A stretch of DNA of 58,508 nucleotides from Acidobacteriota bacterium (GCA_046757965.1 JBHHZI010000004.1:1-58508), one strand, 5' to 3'; shown: positions 6,647 through 16,752, counted from the stretch's first letter. Numbers and translations: made by a program. The notes: generated from the letters alone by a model not told the origin.

Positions 6647-8386
6647 ATGGCGAACTCGCTGCTGGCCGGTCTGTGCCTGGTGGTCGCCTGCTCCTCACCG
6701 CCGGAGGAGACGGCCGGTGCGACGGCGACCTCGGAAGGCGGCGTGCGGCACATCGTCGTCATCTCGGTGGACACGCTGCGCGCGGACCATCTCGGCTGCT
6801 ACGGGTATGAGCGCGACACCAGCCCGTTCATCGACGAGCTGGCCGCCGGCGGGGTGCTGTTCGAGCAGGCCATCAGCTCGGCGCCCTGGACGCTGCCGTC
6901 CCATGCCTCCCTGCTGTCCGGTGTCTACCCCTCGACCCACCGGGCCGTCGACGGCCGCGAGGGGATCGCGCCTTCGGTCACACTCGCCGCCGAGCGCTTC
7001 GGCGCGGCGGGCTGGGCCACCGGCGGCTTCGTCTCCTCGTGGTTCGTGTCGCACCGCTACGGCTTCGACCGTGGCTTCGATCGCTTCGATGACTTCGAAC
7101 AGACCCTGAACAGCAACACCAAGCACAAGGTCGACGGCGCCCGGGTGATCGACGAGGCCGTACGCTGGCTCCGGCAACACGCGGCGGAGCCGTTCTTCCT
7201 GTTCGTGCACCTCTATGACGTGCACTTCAACTACGACCCGCCCAGCCCGCACCGGGAGCTGTTCGACACCGGCTACGACGGCCCGTTGCCGGCCTACCGC
7301 AAGTACTCGTACTACCTCGACCATCCGCTGCCGGCCGACGTCCTGGCCGCCGAGATCGGCCTGTACGACGGGGCGATTCACTACGCGGACGCGCAGATCC
7401 AGAGACTGCACGCGGTGCTTGCCGAGCTGGGCCGGGCCGATGACACGCTCATCGTGCTCACCGCCGACCACGGAGAGGAGTTCTTCGAGCGCGGCTCGTG
7501 GGGCCATGCGCACACGCTCTACGAGGAGCAGGTGCATGTGCCGTTGATCCTGCGCGGACCGGGTCTGTCGCCGCGCCGCGTGTCGACGCAGGTGCGACAC
7601 GTCGACGTCCTGCCGACGCTCCTCGACCTGGCGGGCCTGCCGGTGGCGCCGGGGTTGCACGGCGTCTCGCTCCGGGGCCTGACCGGCGGGCCGGCACCGG
7701 GCGGGACCGGCCGCGCTCCCCGTCCCGCCTTCCTCGAGACCTCCCGCTTCGGCTCCAACGTCATCGGCCTGCGGCGCGACGGGGCGAAGGTCATCTATGA
7801 CCTGAAGGCCGGCACACTCCGGCTGTTCGACCTGGTGCATGACCCGGGAGAGCAGACCGATCGGGCTGTCACCGACGTCGCGCGGCTGGACGCGATGGAA
7901 GACGAGCTGCTCACCGCCGCCGCCGCGCTGCTTCCCGACCGCTGGCTGATGCGCTTCTACGCCCGCGGCGACGCGGTGCTGCACGGCGCGGTGACCACCA
8001 GCGGGCGGTTTCTTCGCGCCCGCACCGATACCGGGGACGGGTCGGCGACCCTCTCGGATGACGGCAGTAAGCTGCGCTTCGCCCTGCCGCCCGGGGCGGT
8101 TCTCGAGATGGCGGTGATGCCGGTGGATGCCACCGTGTCGCTGGCCGAGGCGCCGACCGCCGCCGGCGAGCCGGTGCCGGTCACCGTCGGCAAGGAAGCC
8201 AGCCCCCTGACCACCTGGCCGGTCACCGCCTCGAGCCACGAGGCCGCCCTGCTGACCGGGGTGCCGGTGCCCGACGCCCCGGCGCTGGCCCTGTGGCTCA
8301 CCCAGAGCCGCTCCGGCGGCGGCACCGTCAACCTCACCGAGGAGGACATCCGGCGGCTGGAGTCCCTCGGCTACGTGATGCGTTGA
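6647..8386 (+). CDS. Sulfatase-fold (alkaline phosphatase superfamily) lipoprotein
   Basis: ORF 6476..8386. The ATG at 6647 gives the lipoprotein signal MANSLLAGLCLVVAC. Core motifs are HIVVISVDTLRADHLGCYGYERDTSPFID, TADHGEEF and GHAHTLYEE. The nucleophile position is Thr (VDTLRAD), not the CxPxR of true sulfatases. The C-terminal ~200 aa are unassigned. The earlier in-frame starts at 6476 and 6527 are not excluded. Confidence 0.8.
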   Translation: MANSLLAGLCLVVACSSPPEETAGATATSEGGVRHIVVISVDTLRADHLGCYGYERDTSPFIDELAAGGVLFEQAISSAPWTLPSHASLLSGVYPSTHRAVDGREGIAPSVTLAAERFGAAGWATGGFVSSWFVSHRYGFDRGFDRFDDFEQTLNSNTKHKVDGARVIDEAVRWLRQHAAEPFFLFVHLYDVHFNYDPPSPHRELFDTGYDGPLPAYRKYSYYLDHPLPADVLAAEIGLYDGAIHYADAQIQRLHAVLAELGRADDTLIVLTADHGEEFFERGSWGHAHTLYEEQVHVPLILRGPGLSPRRVSTQVRHVDVLPTLLDLAGLPVAPGLHGVSLRGLTGGPAPGGTGRAPRPAFLETSRFGSNVIGLRRDGAKVIYDLKAGTLRLFDLVHDPGEQTDRAVTDVARLDAMEDELLTAAAALLPDRWLMRFYARGDAVLHGAVTTSGRFLRARTDTGDGSATLSDDGSKLRFALPPGAVLEMAVMPVDATVSLAEAPTAAGEPVPVTVGKEASPLTTWPVTASSHEAALLTGVPVPDAPALALWLTQSRSGGGTVNLTEEDIRRLESLGYVMR

Positions 8387-9087
8387 CGCAAGATCTCGAG
8401 AGCTGCCTCGGCCACCGCTTCGGCGACCGCGCCCTCCTCGAGCAGGCCCTGACCCATGCCTCGGCGGCGCACGAGGCCGGCGATGCCGCGCTGTCCGGCG
8501 AGCGGCTCGAGTTCCTGGGCGATGCGGTGCTCGGGCTGCTGGTCACCGAGGCCCTGGTGCGGGCCGCACCGGCGCAGCCCGAGGGGGACCTGTCGCGCAT
8601 CCGGGCGCACCTGGTGGAGCGGTCCTGCCTGGCCGCGGTGGCCGAAGAGATCGGTCTGGCGCCGCACCTGCGCCTGGGGCAGGGGGAGGAGGCCGGCGGC
8701 GGGCGCGACAAGCCGGCCATTCTGGCCGACGCCTGCGAGGCGATCCTCGGTGCGCTCTACCTCGACGGCGGCATCGAGGCCGCGGCGGCGCTGGTGGAGA
8801 CATACTGGGGCCCGCGCCTGCGCCGCAGCCTGGCGCCGGATGCCGACTCGCCGGCTGACCCCAAGTCGGCGCTGCAGGAGCGGCTGCAGGCAGGCCACCG
8901 GCCGTTGCCGGAGTACCAGGTGCTGGCCGTCTCCGGTCCGGCGCATGCGAGACACTTCGTGGTGGCCGCGGTCTGCGCCGGCCATCGCCTGGGGACGGGC
9001 GAGGGCGCCAGCAAGCGCGCCGCGGAGGTGGCGGCAGCCCGCCGGGCCCTGTCCACTCTCGACGCCTCGCGGTCCGGCGAGGCGTGA
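8383..9087 (+). CDS. rnc: Ribonuclease III
   Basis: Signature ERLEFLGDAVLGLLVTEAL and a C-terminal dsRBD (KSALQERLQ...GEGASKRAAEVAAARRAL). The proposed TTG start at 8383 overlaps the upstream TGA (TTGA). The ORF-track start at 8293 would overlap the previous gene by 94 nt. Confidence 0.85.
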   Translation: MTQDLESCLGHRFGDRALLEQALTHASAAHEAGDAALSGERLEFLGDAVLGLLVTEALVRAAPAQPEGDLSRIRAHLVERSCLAAVAEEIGLAPHLRLGQGEEAGGGRDKPAILADACEAILGALYLDGGIEAAAALVETYWGPRLRRSLAPDADSPADPKSALQERLQAGHRPLPEYQVLAVSGPAHARHFVVAAVCAGHRLGTGEGASKRAAEVAAARRALSTLDASRSGEA

Positions 9088-9114
9088 CGCCACCGGGATC
9101 GGCGGATCTGGCCT

Positions 9115-11466
9115 TCAGACGGCGCGATCGCCGGACGGTTCCGAGGTCTCGTCGAACTGCTCGAAGTAATCGGCCGGGACGAGAACCTTGCGGGCCTTGC
9201 TCCCCTCGGGCGGTCCGACGATGCCTTCCGCCTCGAGCGAGTCCATCAGCCGGGCGGCGCGGGCATAGCCGAGAGAGAGGCGGCGCTGGAGATGCGACAC
9301 GGAGGCCTGACCGGCCGCCACCACCAGGCGGGCGGCGGCGGAGAACAGCACGTCGCGCTTGCTGCCGGCCGGCCCGGGCTGGGCGCCGGCGCCTTCCTCG
9401 TCCTCCTTCAGGACGTCCTCGTTGAAGACCGGCTTCGATTGCCGGCGCAGGAAGGCCGCCACCCGGCGGACCTCGGCCTCCTCGACCAGGGCTCCGTGCA
9501 CACGCACCAGGCGTGAGGCGCCCGGCGGCAGGAACAGCATGTCTCCCAGGCCCAGGAGCCGCTCGGCGCCCTTCTGGTCCAGGACCACGTTGGAGTCGGT
9601 GCGGCTCGAGACACGGAACGCCACGCGGCAGGGGAAGTTGGCCTTGATGATGCCGGTCAGCACGTCCACCGAGGGCCGCTGGGTGGCGACGATGAGGTGA
9701 ATGCCGACGGCCCGGGCCATCTGGGCCAGGCGCTGGATGGCGCCCTCGACCTCCTTGGAGCTGACCATCATCAGGTCCGCCAGCTCGTCGATGACGATGA
9801 TGATGTACGGCAGGGGAGCGAGCGGCTCCCCGTCGTCACCGAGGACCGGGTCGTCCTCGGAGGCGCCGTGGACCAGACGGTTGTACTGCTCCAGGTTGCG
9901 CACGCCGTGACCGAACAGCGTCTCGTAGCGCCGGGTCATCTCCCGCGTGGCCCACTTCAGGGCCCGCGCGGCGCGCGCCGGATTGGTCACCACCGGGCAG
10001 ATCAAGTGGGGGATGTCGTCGTAGATGCCCAGTTCCAGCATCTTCGGATCGATGAAGATGAACTTGACCTCGGCCGGCGTGGCCCGGAACAGGATCGACG
10101 TGATCATCGCGTTCAGCGCCACGCTCTTGCCGGTGCCGGTGGCGCCGGCGATGAGCAGGTGCGGCATGCGCTCCAGCGGCGTGATGTACGGGGTGCCGTC
10201 CATGGTCCGGCCCAGGGCCAGGGGCAGCCGGCCGGGGACGCGCTGGAACGCGTCGGACTCCAGGATCGGCCGGATCGGGATGATCTGACGCCGCCGGTTC
10301 GGGACCTCCACGCCGATGGTCGCCCGGCCCACCATGCGGTCGATGCGCACCGACTCGGCGCGCATGGCCAGGGAGAGATCATCGACCAGGCTGGTGACCC
10401 GGCTGTACTTCACGCCGGCCTCGGGCTTGAACTCGAACGTGGTGATCACCGGGCCGGGATGAATGGCCTGCACCGAGCCGCCGACGCCGAACTCCTGCAG
10501 CTTCGCCGTCAGCAGGCGGGCGGTCTCGACCAGTTCCTCCTCGTTCACCGGCTCGAGATCACCGGCGGGATTGAGGAGAGAGGTCAACGGCAGCGGAAAA
10601 TCCTCCGACAGGTCGGAGAAGGCGAGCTGCTCCGCCTCGAACGGTTCGGGCTCGGCTTCGGGCTCCGAGGCGACGACCGGAGTGACCGGGGGCAGTGGGG
10701 CGGTGACCGGGGGAGGCGCGGTCACCGGGGCGGCGCGATCCACCGGATTGACGACCTCGGGTGGGCGTCGGCTCCGGCGGGACCGCCGGGCGGCGCGGCG
10801 GCGCCGCGCCCAGGCCTCGCGTCGCGCGGCGATGAACGTCCTCAGCCAGGCACCGGAGACGGCGGCCGCCCGGGAGGTGGTGCGTGCCACGGCCTGCAGC
10901 GTCAGGCCGGTGGTGAACAGCAGGGCCAGGCTGAGCCCGGCCAGGAGGATGATCGAGGCCCCGACGCCATGCAGGCGCGCGGCCAGCCAGTCCCCGGTCA
11001 GAGAGCCGATGAGGCCACCCGGCGAGCCACTGGCCGTGGCCACGGCCCGGAAGAACCAGAGGTGCACGAGGCCGGTCAGGGTGACCACCAGCAGGCCGGC
11101 CCCGACCAGGCGGGCCGGCTGCCAGCCGTCGAGGGACGGCGCCCAGCGGCTGATGCCGGGGAGGAGCGTCAGGACCGGCAGCAGGTAGGCGGCCAGGCCG
11201 AGGAGCGCGAACGCGGCCGCGGCGAGAAAGGCGCCGACCGGTCCGGCGGCGTTGTGAATCTGCGGGGAGCCGCCGGCGGCGCCGAAGATCGGCGCCGGGT
11301 CGGCGGCGCTGTAGGTCAGCAGGCTGACAGCCAGGAGCGCGGTCGTGGCCAGGAGCAGCAGGGAGCGGATCTCCCGCCACAGAACGCTTTCGAAGAAGCG
11401 GGCGAGCGGCGAGCGCTGGCGTCGGCCCGGTGGCCGCGACGCGCGTCGTGCCTGGCCGCGGCTCAT
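9115..11466 (-). CDS. ftsK: DNA translocase FtsK/SpoIIIE
   Basis: N-terminal TM helices and a P-rich linker. Walker A is LIAGATGTGKS and Walker B is IIIVIDELADLMM. The C-terminus has a gamma winged helix (ASVSHLQRRLSLGYARAARLMDSLE). The start is taken at ATG 11466 (MSRGQARRASR...); the upstream part of ORF 9115..11835 is R/P/G-rich and overlaps uppP. Confidence 0.9.
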   Translation of the reverse strand: MSRGQARRASRPPGRRQRSPLARFFESVLWREIRSLLLLATTALLAVSLLTYSAADPAPIFGAAGGSPQIHNAAGPVGAFLAAAAFALLGLAAYLLPVLTLLPGISRWAPSLDGWQPARLVGAGLLVVTLTGLVHLWFFRAVATASGSPGGLIGSLTGDWLAARLHGVGASIILLAGLSLALLFTTGLTLQAVARTTSRAAAVSGAWLRTFIAARREAWARRRRAARRSRRSRRPPEVVNPVDRAAPVTAPPPVTAPLPPVTPVVASEPEAEPEPFEAEQLAFSDLSEDFPLPLTSLLNPAGDLEPVNEEELVETARLLTAKLQEFGVGGSVQAIHPGPVITTFEFKPEAGVKYSRVTSLVDDLSLAMRAESVRIDRMVGRATIGVEVPNRRRQIIPIRPILESDAFQRVPGRLPLALGRTMDGTPYITPLERMPHLLIAGATGTGKSVALNAMITSILFRATPAEVKFIFIDPKMLELGIYDDIPHLICPVVTNPARAARALKWATREMTRRYETLFGHGVRNLEQYNRLVHGASEDDPVLGDDGEPLAPLPYIIIVIDELADLMMVSSKEVEGAIQRLAQMARAVGIHLIVATQRPSVDVLTGIIKANFPCRVAFRVSSRTDSNVVLDQKGAERLLGLGDMLFLPPGASRLVRVHGALVEEAEVRRVAAFLRRQSKPVFNEDVLKEDEEGAGAQPGPAGSKRDVLFSAAARLVVAAGQASVSHLQRRLSLGYARAARLMDSLEAEGIVGPPEGSKARKVLVPADYFEQFDETSEPSGDRAV

Positions 11467-12311
11467 GCGGTCCACACGGTGAACAGCAGGAGGCCGAGAC
11501 CGGCCATGGTGAGGCAGTACCAGCCGAAACGGTGGAAATGGATCCGCGCCACGCTGCGCGCCAGGAGACGGAGCGATACCAGCCCGACGGCGGCGGCGAG
11601 CAGCGTGGCGCCGGCGGCGGGCCAGCCCAGGGACGACAGATCGGCGCCCGGCCGCAGCAGCTCCAGCAGCGCGGCCCCGGCGATGACCGGGATGGAGAGC
11701 AGAAACGACCAGCGGAAGGCGGCCATCGGCGCCAGACCGACGAGCAGGCCGGTGGCGATGGTGAGGCCGGAACGCGACAGGCCAGGCAGGACCGCCAGAC
11801 CCTGCGCCGTGCCGATCAGCAGCGCCTGGCGCCACCCCGGCAGATGCGCACCGGCCCGGCCGGGCGCGCCGCGTGGCCGCGCCAGCAGCAGCAGGAGGCC
11901 GGTGGCCCCGATGCAGCCGGAGACGAGCCGAGGACGCTGGAGAAGCTGGTCGACCACGTTGTGGAGGGCGAGACCGATGACCGCGGTGGGCAGCAGAGCC
12001 ACCGCCATCAGGGCGAGTTCCCGGCGGCCATTATCGGCAGCGGATGCCGGACCTGTCAAGGAGCCCGGGGTCGTCCCCTCGCCGAGGGCCGCGGCCGCCA
12101 GGCGGACCAGGTCGTGCCGGAAGTAAACCACCACGGCGGCCAGGGTGCCCACGTGGAGCAGGACGTCCAGCGCCAGCGCCCCGGGAAGTGTGGCCCCGGT
12201 GGCGCGCTGCACGCCGTTCTGGAGCAGGGCGAGATGGCCGGAGCTGGACACCGGCAGAAACTCGGTGAGCCCCTGCACGACGGCCAGCAGGACCGCCAGA
12301 CCCCAGGTCAT
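11463..12311 (-). CDS. uppP: Undecaprenyl-diphosphate phosphatase
   Basis: BacA motifs GLTEFLPVSSSGHL and PGLSRSGLTIATG in a multi-TM protein. ATG at 12311 (MTWGLAVLLAVVQ). 4-nt overlaps with rsmA upstream and ftsK downstream. Confidence 0.9.
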   Translation of the reverse strand: MTWGLAVLLAVVQGLTEFLPVSSSGHLALLQNGVQRATGATLPGALALDVLLHVGTLAAVVVYFRHDLVRLAAAALGEGTTPGSLTGPASAADNGRRELALMAVALLPTAVIGLALHNVVDQLLQRPRLVSGCIGATGLLLLLARPRGAPGRAGAHLPGWRQALLIGTAQGLAVLPGLSRSGLTIATGLLVGLAPMAAFRWSFLLSIPVIAGAALLELLRPGADLSSLGWPAAGATLLAAAVGLVSLRLLARSVARIHFHRFGWYCLTMAGLGLLLFTVWTA

Positions 12312-13162
12312 GAAGCCGCCGGGGCCGGGAGCAGGTCTGCCAGGGCGAGAAACGCCTCGGCGGGCATCTGCTGGGCGCGGAGCGTGTCGGGCAGGTCCAG
12401 GCGGGCCTTCGCCTCCCGCACTGCCCGGGTATCCTCGCCGCTGCCGGCCAGGGCGTTGAGGAAGCGCTTGCGGCGGGAGGAGAACCCGGCCCGGGCCAGC
12501 GAGACCGCCCGCGCGCGTCTCCCCGGATCCGCCGCCGGCTGGAGGGCGAAGCGAACGACCTTCGAGTTCACCGCCGGCGGCGGACTGAAGGCGCCGGGGC
12601 GCAGGCGGAACAGCGCCGACGGTACGGCGTGCAGACGGACAAAGACGCTCAGCGCCCCGTAGGCCGGCGTGTCGGGCCCGGCCGTGAGGCGATCGGCCAC
12701 CTCCTCCTGGACCAGGCAGGTCACGTCGGTGATGTGGTCCGAGGCCGGCAGCAGCCGGGTGAGGATCGCCGTCGCCACCCGGTAGGGCAGGTTGCCGGCC
12801 ACCCGGAACCGGCCCCTCGCCGGACCGCGACCCAGGGCGTCGTGGAGCCTGTCGAGATCGACGTGCAGGGCATCGGCCTCGATGAGGGTGAGCCGCGGAT
12901 CGCCGGCGTGGCGGCGACGCAGGAGGCGCGCCAGGCGGGCGTCCAGTTCCACGGCGACGAGACGCGCGACGCATGGCAGGAGGGCGCCGGTGAGGGCCCC
13001 GTCGCCGGGGCCGATCTCGCAGAATCGATCGTGCGGATGTGGGGCGATGGCAGTCACGAGCCGCGCGATGGCGCCGGCGTCGCGGAGGAAATGCTGCCCG
13101 AGCCGGCGGCGGCGCGCCGACGTGGCACGCCGGGTCACGCGAGCTGATCGGCGGACGGTCAT
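12308..13162 (-). CDS. rsmA: 16S rRNA (adenine1518/1519-N6)-dimethyltransferase
   Basis: LGQHFLRD, EIGPGDGALT (SAM-binding) and VAGNLPY. ATG at 13162. Confidence 0.9.
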   Translation of the reverse strand: MTVRRSARVTRRATSARRRRLGQHFLRDAGAIARLVTAIAPHPHDRFCEIGPGDGALTGALLPCVARLVAVELDARLARLLRRRHAGDPRLTLIEADALHVDLDRLHDALGRGPARGRFRVAGNLPYRVATAILTRLLPASDHITDVTCLVQEEVADRLTAGPDTPAYGALSVFVRLHAVPSALFRLRPGAFSPPPAVNSKVVRFALQPAADPGRRARAVSLARAGFSSRRKRFLNALAGSGEDTRAVREAKARLDLPDTLRAQQMPAEAFLALADLLPAPAAS

Positions 13163-13257
13163 GAGCAGGGCCCCCGGGCCGCACAGGCGGAAGCGGCGCG
13201 GCGACGCCGCGATGTTAGCATCCGCGGTTCCGACCACCACCGCTCATGACGGCGCAT

Positions 13258-14847
13258 TCAGGCCCGTGGCGCGGCGCCGTCAGGGCAGGTCCGGACCGCC
13301 AGCCGGGCCGGGTCGAGGACCGCCACGGGCGTGCCGTCACCTGCGAGCGCCGTGCCGAGACAGGGTCCCTGGGCGAGGGCGCCCGGGAACGGGCGAATCA
13401 CCGCGTCCAGCCGGCCGGCGAGATGATCGACCGCGACGGCGACGGGTGGCGAGCCGGCGGGCGTCAGATGGATGAGTGCGACCTCGCCCGCCGGCCGCCA
13501 GGAGGGGGGCGCGCCGAGCAGGACGGTCAACGGGGTCACCGGCACCGGCGCCGCCGCGCCGTGCCACGACCAGGCCCCCGCGTCGTCCGCGACCAGGCAC
13601 CCGGCCGCGCCGCGGTCGGTGCCCGCGACGGCGCTGAGCGGCAGGCCGTAGACCGTGCTGTCGCAGCGCGCCAGGAGACAGGGAGTCACCAGCACCGTGC
13701 GGGGCAGCACCATCTCGACGCGCACGCCGGCGCCGGCGGCACTGGTGACGCGCAGACGACCCCCGGCGCCGGCGATGGCGGCCCGCACCGCGTAGAGGCC
13801 TATGCCCCGGCCGGCCAGATCACCGGGGTGATCGCGGACCGACAGGCCGGGCTGACAGAGCAGGTCGGCGAGATCGTCTCCGGGACCGGCGTCGTGCAGG
13901 CGTGCCGCCGAGACCGGATCGAGTCGCCGGCCGAGAGCAGCGGTATCCACACCGGGGCCGTCGTCCGTGAGCACCAGTCGCAGGACCGGGTGCCTGACCC
14001 GAACCTCCAGGTGCAGGGCGAGAGCCGCTGCCTTGCAGGCGGCGCGACGGGTCTTCGCCGGCTCGCCGCCGTGAGAGACGGCGTTGCGCAGCAGGTGCAC
14101 GAGCGGTTCCATGAGGAGGTCGAGGGTGGCGCGATCGAGACGGGCGTCCCCGCCCCGGACACACAGCCTGGCCTGCACGCCGGCCCGTCGTGCCGCCCAG
14201 CCCACGGTCTGTTCGAGGCCCGGCAGCAGCAGCGAGAAGGGCAGCAGGCGCATGCGCGAGATCCTCAGGCGCATCCGTCCCACGCCGCGCGCCAGTCGAT
14301 CGATGGCCGCATCGAGTCCGCCGCCGGGGTCGGCTCCGCGGCGCCGCGGAAGATCGCGACGCGACCTCTGCAGCGCCTGCAGGATCACATCCACGTCGGT
14401 GGCCTCGGCGAGCAGATGATCGAGGTCGGCCGTGCTGACGCGGACCCGCGTCGGCAGCGCCAGGGCATCGCGGGTGCCGCCGGCTGTTGCGTCTGCCCGT
14501 GCTGCGTCGACGCCCGCGCCGGCATCGCGCGGCTCGGTCCCGGTTGACTCGATGGCCGCCAGGATCCGGCAGACGCGACCATGTGCGGCCTCGAGGGCCC
14601 GCCGCCGTCCAGCGCGACCGGGTGCGGCATCGGTGTGTGTCTCGGCGTTCTGACAGGTGGCGGCGAGGCGCTCGAAACCCATGGTCGAGGCCATTCCCTT
14701 CAGGGTGTGCCAGGCTCGCCGCAGCGGTGTCGTGTCGGCATGACGGTCGGTGGCGAGCCGGGCCAGTGACGTCTCGACGATCTCCATCTGTTCCCGTGAG
14801 CTGTCGAGAAACAGTTCGAGGTAGCGGGTGAGCCGGGTCACCGGCAT
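13258..14847 (-). CDS. cheA: Chemotaxis histidine kinase CheA (short form: Hpt, dimerisation, HATPase, CheW-like)
   Basis: Hpt motif RRAWHTLKGMAS. N-box HLLRNAVSHGGE, G1 DDGPGVD and G2 GRGIGLYAVR. A C-terminal CheW-like domain is present. ATG at 14847 ([13 protein letters not shown]). Confidence 0.85.
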   Translation of the reverse strand: MPVTRLTRYLELFLDSSREQMEIVETSLARLATDRHADTTPLRRAWHTLKGMASTMGFERLAATCQNAETHTDAAPGRAGRRRALEAAHGRVCRILAAIESTGTEPRDAGAGVDAARADATAGGTRDALALPTRVRVSTADLDHLLAEATDVDVILQALQRSRRDLPRRRGADPGGGLDAAIDRLARGVGRMRLRISRMRLLPFSLLLPGLEQTVGWAARRAGVQARLCVRGGDARLDRATLDLLMEPLVHLLRNAVSHGGEPAKTRRAACKAAALALHLEVRVRHPVLRLVLTDDGPGVDTAALGRRLDPVSAARLHDAGPGDDLADLLCQPGLSVRDHPGDLAGRGIGLYAVRAAIAGAGGRLRVTSAAGAGVRVEMVLPRTVLVTPCLLARCDSTVYGLPLSAVAGTDRGAAGCLVADDAGAWSWHGAAAPVPVTPLTVLLGAPPSWRPAGEVALIHLTPAGSPPVAVAVDHLAGRLDAVIRPFPGALAQGPCLGTALAGDGTPVAVLDPARLAVRTCPDGAAPRA

Positions 14848-15275
14848 CCGTCCCGGGAGGCGAGGGCGAGCACCCGTCCGGGCTCCACGATGCCCGTGGG
14901 GGTGCCGTCGGCGCCGGTGCAGGCGGTCCGGCACAGCGGCGCGAGCGCGCCGCTGGTGTCCAGCGACCTGCCGGTGCCGGCCGCCCGGACCTGGACGGGG
15001 CCGTCCAGGGCGAGGGCGACGCCCCGGGCCTCGCCATCGAGCAGCAGCAGGAGCCCGGCGGCGTCCGGAACGGTGGCGGGGGAGTGGCCGGCAAGCAGCC
15101 GGGCGGGATCGATCACGGTCACGACCTCGCCCGATACGGTGGCCAGCCCGCACACCGCGTCGGCGAACCCGGCCACCGGCGCCACCGGAACCGGCTCATG
15201 GACGGCGGCGACATCCTCGAGACGCAGAGCGGCCGGCTCCGCGCCGATGCGAAAGATCACCATCACGGGATTCAT
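14838..15275 (-). CDS. cheW: CheW coupling protein
   Basis: 145-aa single CheW-like domain ([15 protein letters not shown]...[11 protein letters not shown]). ATGA overlap with the MCP stop and a 10-nt overlap with the cheA start. Confidence 0.8.
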   Translation of the reverse strand: MNPVMVIFRIGAEPAALRLEDVAAVHEPVPVAPVAGFADAVCGLATVSGEVVTVIDPARLLAGHSPATVPDAAGLLLLLDGEARGVALALDGPVQVRAAGTGRSLDTSGALAPLCRTACTGADGTPTGIVEPGRVLALASRDGCR

Positions 15276-16579
15276 GGGGACGGCGCGGCCTCTCCGGCTG
15301 GCCGCTCGGCGACCGTCCCGGCGTCATCGGCTTCGACCATGGCAAACAGCCGGATCCGTTCGCGCAGTCCGGCGGCGGTGGAGGCGAGAACCTGGGCCGA
15401 GCGGGCCATCTCCCCGGCCGACAGATGCTGCTCGGCCACGGCGGCGGAGGTCTGATCCGTGCCATCGGCGTTGCGCCGCGCGACCGCCGCGATCTCCTCC
15501 ATGGTGGCCACGACGTCCGCGGCGCCGACGTGCTGGGAGCGGGTGAACTCGGTGATCTCGTCCACCGCGTCCACCACGTCGGCGAACGATGCATCGAGTT
15601 CCTCGAGGGTCTGCCGGGCCGACCGGGCGCTGGAATGTCCGTCGCGCGCGGCGCGGCCGGTGTCCTCGATGGCCGTGACCGCCTCGACCGCGTGGAGGTC
15701 GATGGCGCGGGCGGCGGCCTGGATCTGTCCGGCGAAGGCACCGGTGCGATCGGCCAGTCCCCGGATCTCCTCGGCGACGGCGGCGAAGCCGCGCCCGTCC
15801 TCGCCGGCCTTGGCGGCCTCGATGGCGGCATTGAGTGCCAGGATCTGTGTCTGCTGGGCCATGGTCTGGATGAAATCGACGATCTCGTGGATCTCGGTGG
15901 TGCGCTGGCGGAACGAGGCCAGCCGCTGGCAGGTCCGCTCGGCGCTCTCGACGGCGGCCTGGGTGCGTTCGGCCGCGTGACTCGCCGCGTCGACGCCGCG
16001 CGCCGCGCTGGCGCGCATGCGCGCCGATGACCGCGCCGCCGCTCCCGCCCGCCCGGCCACATCCTCGACCGACTTCGCCAGGGCGCGAACGATGGCGCCG
16101 GCACGCTGGACCGAGGCCACCTGCCGCTCGGCTCCATCGGCGATCTCGCGCGTGGAGCGGGCCACCTCTCCGGTGGCGCGGTCCAGTTCCCTGGAACCGC
16201 CGGTGAGCAGGGTCGCGGCCTCGGCGACCTGCTGGGCGGTGGACTGCATCTCCGCCACGTTGCCCAGCAGCGTGTCCGCCATCTCGTTGAAGGCGCGGGC
16301 CAGCTCGCCGACCTCGTGCCGGCTGGTCACCTCCGCCCGGGCGCCGAGATGGCCGTGGCGAAGCTCGGTGGCCGCCGCCGCGAGCCGCCGGATGTCCCGG
16401 GAGAGGCTCCGGGACAGGACGACGGACGCCGACAGCCCGATGGCCAGCGCCAGGCAGACCTCACCCAGCGCCCGGAACAGCGCCGAGGTGTGGCCGGGAA
16501 GCAGGAATCCCAGCGCCAGGGAGCCGACGAGGATGCTGGTGGTCACTGCGAGGAATGCGAGAGCAAGCTGCTTGCGCAC
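15272..16579 (-). CDS. Methyl-accepting chemotaxis protein with two TM helices, a minimal periplasmic loop and a HAMP domain
   Basis: Signalling hairpin motif [38 protein letters not shown] region ([18 protein letters not shown]). TM1 and TM2 are separated by only about 8 residues. The GTG start at 16579 is preferred because the 39-codon extension to ATG 16696 is R/P-rich with low GC3. A TATATT -10-like box (complement of 16612-16617) and a GAAAGGG SD lie upstream of the GTG. Confidence 0.85.
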   Translation of the reverse strand: MRKQLALAFLAVTTSILVGSLALGFLLPGHTSALFRALGEVCLALAIGLSASVVLSRSLSRDIRRLAAAATELRHGHLGARAEVTSRHEVGELARAFNEMADTLLGNVAEMQSTAQQVAEAATLLTGGSRELDRATGEVARSTREIADGAERQVASVQRAGAIVRALAKSVEDVAGRAGAAARSSARMRASAARGVDAASHAAERTQAAVESAERTCQRLASFRQRTTEIHEIVDFIQTMAQQTQILALNAAIEAAKAGEDGRGFAAVAEEIRGLADRTGAFAGQIQAAARAIDLHAVEAVTAIEDTGRAARDGHSSARSARQTLEELDASFADVVDAVDEITEFTRSQHVGAADVVATMEEIAAVARRNADGTDQTSAAVAEQHLSAGEMARSAQVLASTAAGLRERIRLFAMVEADDAGTVAERPAGEAAPSP

Positions 16580-16752
16580 GGCCGTCGCCCTTTCGTCAGG
16601 TCGTCGTGGCCAATATAAGGTCGTGTCCGCCCCGATCCACCCGGCCGGACGTCGGCACGGGCGAGGCGGTTTTGCTAGAGTTCGCCGGTGTGTCATTCCG
16701 GCGCGATCTGCGCTGGCGCGCGAATTGCAGGCGAGGGACCGTGGAGGGCTCC

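Noticed and set aside
11467-11835. N-terminal 123-aa extension of the ftsK ORF
   Set aside because: It is R/P/G/A-rich and fully overlaps the uppP coding region. The ATG at 11466 gives a normal FtsK N-terminus and a 4-nt overlap with the uppP stop.
9697-12126. 809-aa plus-strand ORF
   Set aside because: It is antisense to ftsK and uppP, which have unambiguous Walker and BacA motifs. The product is an R/G/D/Q-rich low-complexity sequence.
12312-13184. N-terminal 291-aa extension of the uppP ORF (573-aa reading)
   Set aside because: It overlaps the whole of rsmA in another frame and is R/P-rich. The BacA homology starts at the Met at 12311.
16580-16696. ATG-initiated 39-aa extension of the MCP
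   Set aside because: It is an R/P-rich peptide with markedly lower GC3 than the rest of the gene. A -10-like box and an SD lie inside it, upstream of the GTG at 16579.
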